Source: Octopus sinensis
Taxonomy: Eukaryota
Assembly (NCBI RefSeq): GCF_006345805.1
Contig: NC_043011.1
Location: forward strand, 28,532,464-28,596,463
Length of the DNA: 64,000 nucleotides
Direction of reading: 5' to 3'
Below, one piece after another: positions 22,500 through 35,779 of this stretch. Position 1 is the first letter of the stretch, and each line of letters opens with the position of its first letter. The notes under the pieces are model-generated. The model saw only the letters and a list, made by a program, of their open reading frames with translations. It searched no databases and had not been told where the DNA came from. Made by a program: the position numbers and the translations under genes.

Positions 22500-22957
22500 T
22501 AAGAATTGTATGAATAATGATGTTAATAGAAATTGCAATTTGAGGACTAAAGAAAATTGTAACCTTAATAATAATTGTAAACAAGATAATCTGGTATATA
22601 GGTGTGTAGTTGAATCTGAAGAGAAGCAATACCATTCCATAAGTTCAACCGAAACTCAATTTAAACGAAGAACTGCGAACCATGACAGTTGTTTTAGAAA
22701 TAAGCATAAAATCAACAATACTAGTCTCAGCAAATTTATATGAATGTTAAAAGATAATGGGAAAAATTATAAGATTAAATGCGAGTTTGCAAGCCATGCC
22801 AGAGCTCATCAAATTTCAGATAGGAAATGTCAATTATATACTGAAAAAAATCTTTCAGATAATAAAATCCAAATATAGATTGACTAACTCTAAGAAAGAG
22901 AATATATCAGCTTGTAGTCACCACTCGAAGTATACTTTTAGAAAATTTAATCAATAA
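22500..22957 (+). pseudogene. Degenerate PLE GIY-YIG endonuclease (C-terminal, CxCx5C-linker type)
   Basis: CNLRTKENCNLNNNCKQDNLVYRC...SISSTETQFKRRTANHDSCF...TSLSKFI*MLKDNGKNYKI...KCQLYTEK...NSKKENISACSHH fits the PLE EN pattern, with stop and frameshift. Confidence 0.75.
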
Positions 22958-23249
22958 ATAAATAATAAATAACAAAATTGAACGTTAGAAATATAGGCAT
23001 AATATATGATAAGCCTAAAATATATAATATCTAAACGCAAATTAATTAACACAGGAAGAGTGAATATTTGAACTTGTTAGAATTATCCTAAGTATATTTT
23101 AGAAAATTTAATAAAATTTGATAAATAAAAATAAAGCCAAATATTAATGATATAAGCATAATATAATTGGTATAACTTAATTTTCAAACCAAACATAAAG
23201 TAAAAATAATATGAATATAAATAATACATACTATATATTATATAATATA

Positions 23250-23466
23250 ATACTCTTTACTCTTTTACAAATTTTACTTGCTTCAGTCCATGCTGGAGCA
23301 CCGCTTTTAGTCGAGCAAATCGACACCAGGACTTATTCTTTGTAAGCCTAGTACTTATTCTATTGGTCCCTTTTGCCGAACCGCTAAGTTACGGGGACGT
23401 AAACACACCAGCATCGTTTGTCAAGCGATGTTGGGGGAACAGACACAGACACACAAGCACACATAT

Positions 23467-23529
<63 letters not shown>

Positions 23530-23680
23530 TATACGACGAGCTTCTTTTCAGTTTCCGTCTACCAAATCTACTCACAAGGCTTTGGTCGGCCCGAGGCTAT
23601 AGTAGAAGGCATTTGCCCAAGGTGCCACGCAGTGTGACTGAACCCGGAACCATGTGGTTGGTAAGCAACTATTTACCACT
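23250..23680 (-). mobile_element. SINE-B copy
   Basis: Same motifs as 18095-18505 with internal (CA)n(TA)n. Confidence 0.9.
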
Positions 23681-23990
23681 CAGACAATAGATCTTATTTT
23701 AGATGCAAATATTATAAATCTATAGATAACATTAATCTTGATGGCGTAATACACTTAATATATCTACGTACTAATCTTAAATGCGTGTAACGTAAGCCCA
23801 TATGCATATAAGTGTCTTCTTCCACACACAAATATATAATGTTATATACAATAAACTATAAATCAATAACTAAATACAAATATAATTACTTTACTAATTA
23901 TCTTACTGTTTCATATTCTAATAACTATGATTGTCTTTTATGATTGACTCTTTCATGAATTAAATAAAGAATATAAGAAATATATATTTA

Positions 23991-24551
23991 TTGGGTTGTC
24001 CGGAAAGTTCGTACTTTTTGAAGGGAAAAAAAAGGTCAATAAATACTTGCCATTACATTTTTAATCAACCAAATATGAACCATGTTGTTGCACAATGCGT
24101 CTCTATCTTTCTTTTAACTTGAATATACTCTCTTCCCAGAATTGATTGGTTTCATGGCAAAGAATTCATCAAGGTATCTTTTTACGTCATCCAAGGAATT
24201 AAAATTTTTACCATTAAGACTATTCTGCAGAGACCTGAATAAGTGGAAATCCGAAGGAGCAATATCTGGTGAATATGGAGTGTGGGGTAACACATCCCAG
24301 CCGAGCTGCAGCAAGTTTTGTCTTGTTCCCAAAGCATCAAGTGCCGAAAATGAACTTTCTTATCTTCCATTTTAAAGGGTTACAGAATTAACACAGGTTA
24401 TAGGAACATAAACCTTCTTCCACGAAAAGATAGCTTAAACTGTGCTCTAAATGGAGGTGTAGTCAAATCCTATTTTATGGACTCAACCATGTTCCAAAAT
24501 AAGTCGACAGGTAAGCTACTATAAATCGGCACGAACTACCGGACAACCCAG
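23991..24551 (-). mobile_element. Mariner internal-deletion derivative
   Basis: TIRs TTGGGTTGTCCGGAAAGTTCGT / ACGAACTACCGGACAACCCAG flanked by TA; transposase N-terminus MEDKKVHFRHLML fused to LGWDVLPHTPYSPDIAPSDFHLF (third D of DD34D). Confidence 0.9.
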
Positions 24552-25391
24552 TATATTAACAAACTGATTTGACTTCATAACACGTTACTAACATACATAC
24601 ACACTTACGCACACATAAATCAACTTAGACAGTAAACATCTATATACACACACACAGACATAAACAATCATACATAAACTGAAATGGGCTATGAATTTCC
24701 ATATCTATAAATACATATATTGTTATAGAAAGATTCGATAACGTTTTACTAATATACATACACACTTACGTACTAATAAAACAACTTAAGCAGTAATGAT
24801 CTATAAACGCAGACAGGCGCACACTCATGCATAAACTATGACATTCATACTTGTATTCAATAACCTTATATCGACACACATACACACACATACGTACACA
24901 AAAATCAACGAGGCAATAAACATATGTGTATATGCATACGAGCACACGTATAAACACACGAACAAACGCTTATATATAAACTAAAATGGACCATAGACAT
25001 TCATGTTTTGTAAAAAAAAACTTTTATTTCATTTATATTTAAATTTATGTTTGTTATTAATATATTTCATTATTTTCATTATTTATTATTAATCTTTATT
25101 TTTATACTTTATTTTTATTATATAGTTTAATTCATCATTATTATTATTGTATTTACATGAAAATAAAAATATTAACGCATGCGCGCACACACACACACAC
25201 ATACACACAATGAACACACTTTCATTTGCTTAGTCTGTTGGAGTATTTTGACTAATCGAAATGTAAATTCTGTAATGTCCATTTTGCCCTGAAGATCTTC
25301 CACCCAGGATACTCAAAATGCAAACTTATTATATATGTTTTGTAATCTAATTTGGGTGTGAAGTGAAACAATTGTAGGCAGCGTTAATTCA

Positions 25392-25710
25392 TTAATAAAG
25401 TAATTTATATCCATTGAATCTCTCCATTTTCAAACTTATTAATAATATTTTATGTTCTATAATATATTTATTGAAGAAATATCTCTTCAAAATACAAATT
25501 ATTAAACTAGGGTATCTTGGATAATGTGGTTTTCGAATGAGGATGCGCGTGTTGAGATGTTCCTCAATGCGAGTAAGCAAAGATCGAGTTGTGCTTCCTA
25601 TATAAATCGTCTTACATTTCTATTCGGTATACTACATGTGTCCGGTGGCACATACCTATATCGCAGATCGGACAGTTAGTTAATGAGCATTGATCGTTTT
25701 CTCTAGACAT
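25392..25710 (-). pseudogene. Degenerate PLE GIY-YIG endonuclease, inverted copy
   Basis: QCSLTNCPICDIGMCHRTHVVYRIE...YIGSTTRSLLTRIEEHLN read across frameshifts. Confidence 0.75.
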
Positions 25711-25860
25711 AAGACCTACTCTAAAACCTGCGTCATGAAATTATCACATTTCAATGAAAGCATAACTACAGCAATTCGTTGAGCCATACGCAACGAAGGA
25801 CTGGACATACAATTAGCACATTCCGGCCACTCTCTGCTGCGGATACCTTAATAAAATGCA

Positions 25861-26186
25861 ATCTAGAGACAACAATCAATGCTCATTAACTAACTGTCCC
25901 TATCCGCGATACAGGTGTTTGCCAGCGGACACATGTAGTATACCGAATAGAATGCAACAAATGTAAGGCGTTTTATAAAGGCAGCACAACTCGAACTTTG
26001 CATACTCGGCGCATCCTCCTTCAAAAAGCATATTGATAAAGTTAAAAATACCAACAAATTAAAGTTACTATTGAAGCCAATGATAGAAATCTCGGCAACT
26101 TAAGAATTAAGGAAGTTTTGATTATCTATAACTTAAACCCACAAGTAAATGATAGATTGGAGCTGGGCACGCAATACATAACATGA
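25861..26186 (+). pseudogene. Degenerate PLE GIY-YIG endonuclease C-terminus (Neptune/Nematis-like Cys linker)
   Basis: QCSLTNCP..DTGVCQRTHVVYRIECNKCKAFYKGSTTRTLHTR...SSFKKHI...NLRIKEVLIIYNLNPQVN; CCHH residues present in the two-copy consensus. Confidence 0.8.
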
Positions 26187-26371
26187 CATACACGCACGGG
26201 TACATTTGCTACATATTAGAAAAGAGGTAATGAAAACTGATTTGTGGAGCGATAAGTTAATAATTGACGTCACTAACATTCACGAAGAAGTGAAACGCTT
26301 GAAAATTCAAATATAATCATAAAATTATTTTATCTCCGACAAGAAACATCTAGCCATGGACAGCTACTTCT

Positions 26372-26413
26372 TAACCCTGAAGAAGGGACTTGTATGTCCA
26401 GAAATAATGGATA
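26372..26413 (+). ncRNA. Degenerate hammerhead motif downstream of the GIY-YIG ORF
   Basis: TAACC-CTGAAGA-A-GGGAC-ttgtat-GTCC-A-GAAA-taat-GGATA; stem III/triplet damaged. Confidence 0.45.
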
Positions 26414-26558
26414 CATATACGACCAAAGATTACCAGGTAACTTACTTTTAGTTTACGTTACCTCATCTTAAAATCTATTTGCATTGTTTGGCCTTTTAAA
26501 TCTTTCAACATTATATTCTATATATGATGCTTCAAGCAAACTAAAAAAAATTTAATAC

Positions 26559-26596
<38 letters not shown>

Positions 26597-26600
<4 letters not shown>

Positions 26601-26917
26601 AATAAGGGGTGCATTATGCCGCCTTCTCATCAGGAAAAACAAGGAACTTGTGTCAGCATCAAGATGAACAAAAGCTCTTAGATTCTTAGGAATATGCAGC
26701 CTTCGAAACATATGTCGAGAATAAAGGAATTTTGTTAAATCGTCGTTCAACTCCATTCTTTCATTTATTTATATTAAAAAAACACACAAATTTCCACACG
26801 ATAGCACGTGATCTCTGCCCTTGGCATGTAGCTTCAACCGTGTTTTTCTGACGTGAATTTGCTACCCAGGTATCGGTTAACCGAATTATCCATACTAAGA
26901 TAATTCATTCAACTACT

Positions 26918-26920
<3 letters not shown>
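26597..26920. mobile_element. PLE pLTR-like insert in (TA)n with internal inversion; same family as 40575-41020
   Basis: Shares CGAAACATATGTCGAGA...CTGACGTGAATTTGCTACCCAGG with 40800-41020; hammerhead halves lie on opposite strands. Confidence 0.75.
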
Positions 26921-26980
<60 letters not shown>

Positions 26981-27670
26981 ATCAGACACGTGCCGTCAGT
27001 AATTACTCAGTTACTCGGGCTAGGCAGTCGGTGACTTTATGTAGTAAAAACACACAAAAATAAACGAAACACAGGTGCGCGACTGAATTGAAGGCAGTTT
27101 ACTTCTGCCTTTATAGCACATAAAGAAAACGGTGTTTTAGGAGTGTACACAGCAAGTGTGCTACAGCAGTTCTATAAGTAGCTTTAATACTGAGATTGAA
27201 AGTCAGAAGCGAATCAAGCCTACCTAATCTACAAAAATATTAAATAATTTGCATTTTATGCGCAGTTATCAGAGTAACCTTCATAATTTTATTGAACTGA
27301 GTACATATTTTGCCATAAAAGGAATATGTTGCTATCGATCTATTTTATTCAAGGTAGGCACTGCCTACCTTCACTACCTAAGCGGCACGTCCCTGATATA
27401 TATATATAATATATTATTATATAATTAATTAAGGGTAGAAATTGATATTTATCAATTAAGACCAGTGGTCTAGCATATTAAAAAAGAATCCGAAGATTAA
27501 AATATTTATATATACCAATTAAGGACTGAACACGAAAAGTGGACAGTCAACATGCTAGATATAGACGTCAAATCTCCATTCACCACAACAAAAGATTATG
27601 TTCTCAGATCAAACTCAACACAAAACCATAGCAATAAACAAGTGAAAAATATACGAAATAAAATAATTAC

Positions 27671-27734
27671 CCATGTACTAATTAGTTTCAGCTGTTATTT
27701 TCCGCAAGGAAAACTGCAGCCATCATCAGCATGG
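27671..27734 (-). ncRNA. Intact type I hammerhead ribozyme
   Basis: CCATG-CTGATGA-T-GGCTG-cagTTTTCCttgcGGAAAAtaa-CAGCT-GAAA-CTAATTAG-T-A-CATGG. Confidence 0.85.
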
Positions 27735-28359
27735 TCCGTTATAAATGTAATTTGCTGGACTAGATGCAAACACGATACCGAAATATCGCGTGCATGGAGT
27801 TCAGCCTATTATATTTGAATATATCTTTCAAATGCCTTTACTTTGGCGCGTTGAAACCCGAGAAAACTAGCCTGCAGCTAGCCTTGCGGAAAATAACAGC
27901 TGAAACTAATTAGTACATGGGTAATTATTTTATTTCGTATATTTTTCACTTGTTTATTGCTATGGTTTTGTGTTGAGTTTGATCTGAGAACATAATCTTT
28001 TGTGGTGAATGGCGATTTGACGTCTATATCTAGCATGTTGACTGTCCACTTTTCGTGTTCAGTCCTTAATTGGTATATATAAATATTTTAATCTTCGGAT
28101 TCTTTTTTAATATGCTAGACCACTGGTCTTAATTGATAAATATCAATTTCTACCCTTAATTAATTTTATATAAATAAATATGTTCTCTAACCGATAAATT
28201 AACTGCTGCTAATTATTAGCTGCAGGCTAGTTTTCTCGGGTTCAACGCGCCAAAGTAAAGGCATTTGAAAGATATATTCAAATGTATAGGCTGAACTCCA
28301 TGCACGCGATATTCGGTATCGTGTTTGCATCTAGTCCAGCAAATTACATTTATAACGGA

Positions 28360-28422
28360 CCATGCTGATGATGGCTGCAGTTTTCCTTGCGGAAAATACA
28401 GCTGAAACTAATTAGTACATGG
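28360..28422 (+). ncRNA. Intact type I hammerhead ribozyme
   Basis: Same motif; stem I CCATG/CATGG, 10-nt palindrome ACTAATTAGT as stem III, predicted cleavage after GUA (A28417). Confidence 0.85.
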
Positions 28423-28620
28423 GTAATTATTTTATTCGTATTTTTTTCACTTGTTTATTGCTATGGTTTTGTGTTGAGTTTGATCTGAGAACATAATCTT
28501 TTGTGGTGAATGGCGATTTGACGTCTATATCTAGCATGTTGACTGTCACTTTTCGTGTTCAGTCCTTAATTGGTATATATATATATATAATTAATATATA
28601 TATATATATAATATATATAT

Positions 28621-28698
<78 letters not shown>

Positions 28699-28984
28699 AT
28701 AAGAGTAGATCGTATACGAGTGGGTATATATTGTAAAAAAAAAGTTTGAAAACGCCACTATATTAGATAAATTTTAATTTTCCTATGAATTTTACATGTT
28801 TCGGTTCTTGAAAAAACGAACCTTATCAAAAATATTATAAAAAGTGTAATGGAGAAGTTCATAATCGTTTCTTACTGGTCTCAATAGAATCCATGTTCTT
28901 GAAAAAACGAACCATATCAAAATATTTGTTATGTTACTACAATGGGTTCATAGTTATGAATTATTATTATTACTGTGTCAATGT

Positions 28985-29320
28985 AAGGTGGCGAGCTGAT
29001 AGAACCGTTACCATGCCAGGCTACGTTCTGAGTTTAAATTCCGTAGGGGTAGACTGTGCCGTTCATCCTTTTGAGATCGATAAAATAAGTAACAGTTGAT
29101 TACAAAGGTCGGTATAATCGACTTATCCCCTCCCCCGGAATTGCTGGCCTTGTACGAAAATTTGAAACCGTTAATCAATAAGGCGGCGACGAGCTGGCAG
29201 AATGGTTAGCACGCCGGGCTAAATGTTTAGCAGCATTTAGTCCGTCTGCCCGTTCTGAGTTCAAATTCCGCCGAGGTCGACTTTCAGGATCGATAAATTA
29301 AATACCAGTTACGCACTTGT
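28985..29320 (+). mobile_element. Two tandem SINE-A copies (about 28985-29170, 29183-29320)
   Basis: GGCGAGCTGATAGAACCGTT and GGCGGCGACGAGCTGGCAGAATGGTTAGC heads with GAGTTCAAATTCC-type boxes. Confidence 0.75.
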
Positions 29321-29324
29321 GGTG

Positions 29325-29356
<32 letters not shown>

Positions 29357-29752
29357 GGTGGTGGTGGTGGTGATGGTGGTGGTGGTGGTGGTGATGGTGG
29401 TGGTGGCGGCGGCGGTGGCGGGGATGGTGGTTATGGTGGTGCTGGTGAGGGGTGGGGCCGGGGTGGGGCCGGGGACTTTTGTTGTGGTAATTGTGCTAGA
29501 ATCGTGTAGTAATTATAGTAATTTTGTTGTAGTAATTGAAGGCTGGCGGGGTGGTTATTGTTGTGGTAGTGATTGTGGTGGCGGCGGTTGTGGTGGTGGT
29601 GGTGGTGGTTGTGGTTGTGGTTGTGATGGTGTTGGTGGTGGTGGTGGTGGTGTTGGTGGTGGTGGTGGTATTAAGGGTAACATTATTTTTCTTCATCATC
29701 ATCGTGATCATCGTCATCATCATCATCATCATCATCACCACCATCATCATCC

Positions 29753-29783
<31 letters not shown>

Positions 29784-29891
29784 TATCATCATCGTCATCA
29801 CTATCATCATCAATCATCATCAAACGTCATCATCATCAACATCATGATCATCATCATGATCATTATCATAATCGTCATCAATAACAGCCTT

Positions 29892-29933
<42 letters not shown>

Positions 29934-30320
29934 GTCATCATCATCATCATCATCATCATCATCGTCATCATCACTATTCGTCCCCGTCATTCATCATCAT
30001 CTTCATCATCATCACCCATCATCATCATCATCATCACCCATCATCATCATCATCCCATCATCATCTTCATCATCATCATCACCATCATCATAATCACCAT
30101 CATCATTATCATCATCATCATCATCGTCATCATCACCATTCGTCCCCGTCATTCATCATCATCACTCCCATCATCATCTTCATCATCATCATAATCACCA
30201 TCATCATCATCATCATCACTCCCATCATCATCATCATCATGACCATCATTATCATCATCATCACCACCATTCGTCCCCGTCGTTCATCATCATCATCACT
30301 CCCATCATCATCATCATGAC

Positions 30321-30361
<41 letters not shown>

Positions 30362-30370
30362 CCATCATCT
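29320..30370. repeat. Compound (GGT)n/(GTT)n then (CAT)n trinucleotide tract with internally duplicated blocks
   Basis: Direct reading; the (C)ATTCGTCCCCGTC motif recurs three times. Confidence 0.95.
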
Positions 30371-30585
30371 CTAAATTTCAAAGACATTCTTTTTTGCCAC
30401 TTCTGTAGTTGCTAATATTCTTGGTGTTGTTGTTGTTGTTGTTGCTATCGTTATTGTTTTCCTTTTTTTTTCTTCAGTTGTTGTGTCTGAAAGAACTTTT
30501 GATTTCTTTTTTTTTTGGTTTGTTTTTGTTTCTTTTTTTCATTCCGTTTTATCATTCATCACTTTAAACAGAAAAAGTACATTAA

Positions 30586-30628
<43 letters not shown>

Positions 30629-30728
30629 NNNNNNNNNNNNNNNNNNNNNNNNNNNNNNNNNNNNNNNNNNNNNNNNNNNNNNNNNNNNNNNNNNNNNNNN
30701 NNNNNNNNNNNNNNNNNNNNNNNNNNNN
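30629..30728. other. Scaffold gap (100 N) after a (GA)n tract
   Basis: Run of 100 N; sequences on either side may not be adjacent. Confidence 0.99.
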
Positions 30729-31476
30729 TTTTCATACGGCAATATATATTTATAATTCATAAAGTTGTTTTAAAATTTATCTAAAATCTTTAAGTGTACT
30801 ACACTTTTATTCCTTACCGAAATTTCAAGCTACAAAGACTATATCGTCACATCGGCATTCACTCAAACATCAGTCTGTTCATTTCAAGTCAAGTATGCGT
30901 TGCACGAGTGAAACATGCTCACACACACACACATCACACATATATGCATGCGCATACACTTATGCATGTATATATATGCATATATATATGGACATGTATG
31001 TATGTAGTATGTATGGATGTTGTACTCATATATGTATAAATATAAGCACATGTACATATATATATGTATCTGTGTGTGTAGATAATATATATATATTATA
31101 TATATATAATAATATTATAATATATATATATAACATATATATATGTATATATATATATTGTGTATATATATATATATGTATGTATATAGTATTTATGTAT
31201 ATATATGCACATGTACATATATGTATGTGTGTATGTGATATATAATTATATATATATATACATATATGTATATATATGTATATGTATAGATATATCTATC
31301 TATCTATATATATGTATATGTATAGATAATCTATATATATTATATATATAATATATTTATATATATGTATATATATATGTATATATATATATATATATAC
31401 ATACCATATTAACTATCTCGTTCTCCCATTCACTCTCTCTCTTCTTTCCTTTCTCTCTCTCTATATATATATATAC

Positions 31477-31507
<31 letters not shown>

Positions 31508-32022
31508 CGTGTGTGTTTGCATGTACATATATATTTATCAACATACATGCATACACATGCATATACACATTTACTTATACACGTCTGCGTGCGTGTGTGT
31601 ATTTGCGTGTGTGTGTGTGTGTGTGTGCATTTGCGTGTGCGTGCCTGTGTGTTCCTCTGTGCATATTGCTTCGTCCGTAGACTTCAATGAGTTTTATTCA
31701 GTCGATTGATAAACGGTGTGCCTTATTTCATGAATGGACGTGGGAAGTGACTGAATGTTTCTACGGACGCGTGTACCCTTAACGTAACTATTATAGTGAA
31801 TCAACATCTTGGAGCGTGTGAGAAGATTGGACGTTTGAATTGCAGGTTCAATCCATCCCACAGGCTTGTTTACGGACACTTTCTATCTACTTACATCACA
31901 AATCATTGGTTACGGTGAGGGATTTCGTAATCGCGTGTGATTTGCAGAAAACACCTACTGCAATCAAACCCTCGGAATCATGACTGCAAAGTCAACCTCC
32001 AAATCATATATGTGTATATATA

Positions 32023-32056
<34 letters not shown>

Positions 32057-32057
<1 letters not shown>

Positions 32058-32267
32058 TTACTCTTTTAACATGTTTCAGTCATTTGACTGTGGCCATGCT
32101 GGAGCGCCGCCTTTAGTCGAGCAACTCGACCCCGGACTTATTGTTTGTAAGCCCAGTACTTATTCTATCGGTCTCTTTTGCCGAACCGCTAGGTAACGGG
32201 GACGTAAACACACCAGCACCGGTTGTCAAGCAATGCTAGGGGGACAAACACAGACACACAAACACAT

Positions 32268-32312
<45 letters not shown>

Positions 32313-32480
32313 TACGACAGGCTTCTTTCAGTTTCTGTCTACCAAATCCACTCACAAGGCATTGGTCAGCCCGGGGCTATAGCAGAAGACACTTGCCCAA
32401 GATGCCACGCAGTGGGACTGAACCCGGAACCATGTGGTTGGTTAGCAAGCTACTTACCACGCAGCCACTTCTGCGCCTAT
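32057..32480 (-). mobile_element. Full-length SINE-B
   Basis: Minus-strand head GGCGCAGAAGTGGCTGCGTGGTAAGTAGCTTG...GGGTTCAGTCCC, internal (TA)n and AAGAGT-type tail. Confidence 0.9.
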
Positions 32481-33288
32481 ATATATATATAGTACTACTA
32501 CAACTTATAAAGGATTAAAAAAAGATCAGAAAAAAAATTTCATCAAAAGGTGGAAATTGACGATTTAAAGTCTGTTATCAGCATATTGGTATAGAAATAA
32601 TTTTTTTTGCCCTGTTTATATATGTGTGTGTCTGTGTGTGTGTATGTATGTATGTGCATATATATGTGTGTGTGTGCGTTTGTGAATGAGTGTGTGTGCG
32701 TGACTGTGTGAATTTGTGTGTGTGTGTGTATGTATGTATGTTATGTATGTGTATATATATGTGTGTGTGCGTTTGTGAATGAGTGTGTGTGCGTGACCGT
32801 GTGAATTTGTGTGTGTGTGTGTGTGTATGTATGTGCATATATATGTGTGTGTGCGTTTGTGAATGAGTGTGTGTGACTGTGTGAATTTGTGTGTGTGTGT
32901 GTATGTTGTGTGTGTTTGTGTGTTGTGACTGTGTGAGTGTGTGAGTGTTATTACAATGTGTCGAAATCAATTACTCCTACAATGGTGTATATACTAGGCC
33001 ACAAGACCATAATTCAGCAGTCGTTGTGTAACGGTAGATTTTAAATCACATTTGAAAGCAGGACACTTAATTGTATCTGACCTCAATCTAAATGCTTTCG
33101 TATAACATGCTACGAACACTTTATGGAAATTTTGCTTTGCAAACGACTAGGGTGGGAATTTTCAACCGTCCAGGAAACTTTTGTTAAACCAATGGTGTAT
33201 GAACATGTTATTTAATTCAAGGTAGTTGAAAGTGATATTACGTCTGTGTATATATATATATACATATATATATGTGTGTGTGTGTGTA

Positions 33289-33698
33289 CTAGTAGCTAAG
33301 CCCGGTTTCACTAGGTCTATTTGGATGATGTGGCTGTGATCGTTTTCGGTTAGGTATAATCTATAACAGCGTTTGTAAACCTTATCATTTCGGGTCTCCT
33401 GTTACGATTGAAGCCTCCAACTATATGAAAATTTCTTGACCCCATCCCGTCAGAAAACAGCTTCTAAGCAACTGGTTGTTTTAATGTCAGAAGAAAGAGG
33501 GAAATTCTATTAGAAAAATTTTTAATCGATTTTCTCGGTCAGTATGGGGGTTAGGGAAAAAATACAAACTACATTCCATTCTGTGCACCCGTCACCACAT
33601 GTGTGCCATTTTTCATGCGAATCCACCCAGTAGTTTGGCTGTGAACCTCAAGACAAGAAAGAATACAACGATCGCCCATGTCCAACTTATATCATAGA
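33289..33698 (-). mobile_element. Non-autonomous Helitron (different family)
   Basis: Minus strand A|TCTATGATATAAG ... GACCTAGTGAAACCGGGC (damaged hairpin) TTAGCTACTAG|T. Confidence 0.65.
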
Positions 33699-33932
33699 TG
33701 TATGTATATATATATATATATATACGCAGATATATATATATATATACGCATATATATATATATATATTATATATATTATATATATATATAATCGTTATGG
33801 TATATTCTGTGAAGAACGTAGTGGAGTAAAGTATAGATTCTTCTTACAGATTTGACATTTGCCCTCTGCTTCCCAGTAGTAGTATTATACGTACGTCCAG
33901 ATTGCGTTTGGGTATCTACCTTGTGCCAGGTA

Positions 33933-34100
33933 ATTGAAGAAATTGGAGTCAGCAAGAAGGTGTAAGGTTGGACATTTATTTTTTTTTTAATCACTACAAT
34001 TGTTTCGACCCGGAGAACTACGTTGCGTCGAAACAACTGTGGAGATTAAAATATAAACTGGCCAACCGTACCCTTTCTTGTTGACTCACATTTCTTCAAT
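33933..34100. mobile_element. Diverged fold-back of a pLTR-like end (arms 33933-34009, 34027-34100)
   Basis: Both arms start at GTCGAAACAA(T/C)TGT, the 3' half of a hammerhead. Confidence 0.55.
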
Positions 34101-34140
<40 letters not shown>

Positions 34141-34631
34141 CATACACATGTATGCATGTGTATATGTATATATGTGTGGATGGATGAATGGATATACATG
34201 GCATACATGTACTTACGTATCTATGTGCACATACATACATAATGGCGGTGAACTGACAGTTATTACAGCTGCATATAGAATACACAATAGTAGATTCTTC
34301 GGCTCTCTGCCACTTCGAATCCGACCTAGTTCAACTTCAGTACCATTCTTTCTGTACTAATAGAAAAAAAAAGTTTCAATCCTGACCTAACTGATACAAT
34401 GCTCGATGATGATGTCCCCTCGGCTCTTTTCGTTCTCAGCTCCGAAACAGGCATCAATCTATATCAACCCTGGTTGTGAAATGGGAGAGGGATGATACCA
34501 ATGTAAGGACAAATTCTAGAGGTCTCTATGTATATATGTATGCATATACCCATTTATGCATGTATGTATATACTTCAGGGAGTAAAACGTAAAGTGAGGG
34601 CCAACCTTATATATATATGTATGTATGTATG

Positions 34632-34783
<152 letters not shown>

Positions 34784-34784
34784 G

Positions 34785-35195
34785 AGAGCTGGCAGGAACG
34801 TTAGCACGCCGGGCGAAATGCTGAGCGGTATTTCGTTTGCCGCTACGTTCTGAGTTCAAATTCCGCCGAGGTCGACGTTGCTTTTCATTCTTTTGGGGTC
34901 GATTAAATAAATACCAGTTACGCACTGGGGTCGATATAATCGACTTAATCCGTTTGTCTTTCCTCGTTTGTCCTCTCTGTGTTTAGCACCCTGTGGGTAG
35001 TAAAGAAGTAGGTATTTCGTCTGCCACTACGTTCTGAGTTCAAATTCCGCCGAAGTCGACTTTGCCTTTCATCCTTTCAGGATAGATTAAACAAGTACCA
35101 GTCACGCACTGGGCTCGATATAATCGACTTAATCCGTTTGTCTGTCCTGGTTTGTCCCCTCTGTGAGTAGCCCCTTGTTGGCAGTAAAGAAATAA
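34785..35195 (+). mobile_element. SINE-A tandem joined at GGTATTTCG (35011)
   Basis: Long tail CCCTGTGGGTAGTAAAGAAGTA directly followed by GGTATTTCGTCTGCC; the second unit also has the long tail. Confidence 0.85.
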
Positions 35196-35198
35196 GAC

Positions 35199-35265
<67 letters not shown>

Positions 35266-35282
35266 GAGATAGATAGATAGAG

Positions 35283-35357
<75 letters not shown>

Positions 35358-35425
35358 GAGATAGATAGATAGAGAGATAGATAGATAGATACATACATAC
35401 ATACATACATACATACATACATACA

Positions 35426-35457
<32 letters not shown>

Positions 35458-35534
35458 CATACATGCATACATACATACATGCATACATACATGCATACAT
35501 ACATACATACATACATACTACATACATACATACA

Positions 35535-35565
<31 letters not shown>
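35196..35565. repeat. (GATA)n/(CATA)n microsatellite
   Basis: Direct reading. Confidence 0.95.
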
Positions 35566-35779
35566 TCTCTGTGTTGCTGTGGTGTGTTTCTTTGTCTTTT
35601 TGTTTGTCTCTTGCTACCTTGCTTAACGGTTCGGCTGGAAAGTTGTTGATATTGTACATGGAATACGCTCCGGGGGCGAAATAATCGTCTAAAATACTTA
35701 AAGTGTGTGCTCCAGCATGAACTAAGTCGGACGACTAAAACAAAAGAGTAAAAGTATAATTATGTGCGTGTATGTATAT

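Larger units (their letters stand above)
27423..28580. mobile_element. Young PLE-type pLTR array: inverted copy (27423-27880) plus two partial forward copies (27882-28165, 28217-28580) between (TA)n tracts
   Basis: Near-identical direct and reverse-complement segments with two intact hammerheads. Confidence 0.85.

Noticed and set aside
22741-22743. In-frame TGA in the PLE endonuclease as possible selenocysteine
   Set aside because: It aligns to an expected Trp (TGG to TGA) in a copy with other stops and frameshifts; ordinary decay
29319-30387. 291-aa ORF with poly-V/G/H/I runs
   Set aside because: Trinucleotide repeat tract open in several frames; no domain
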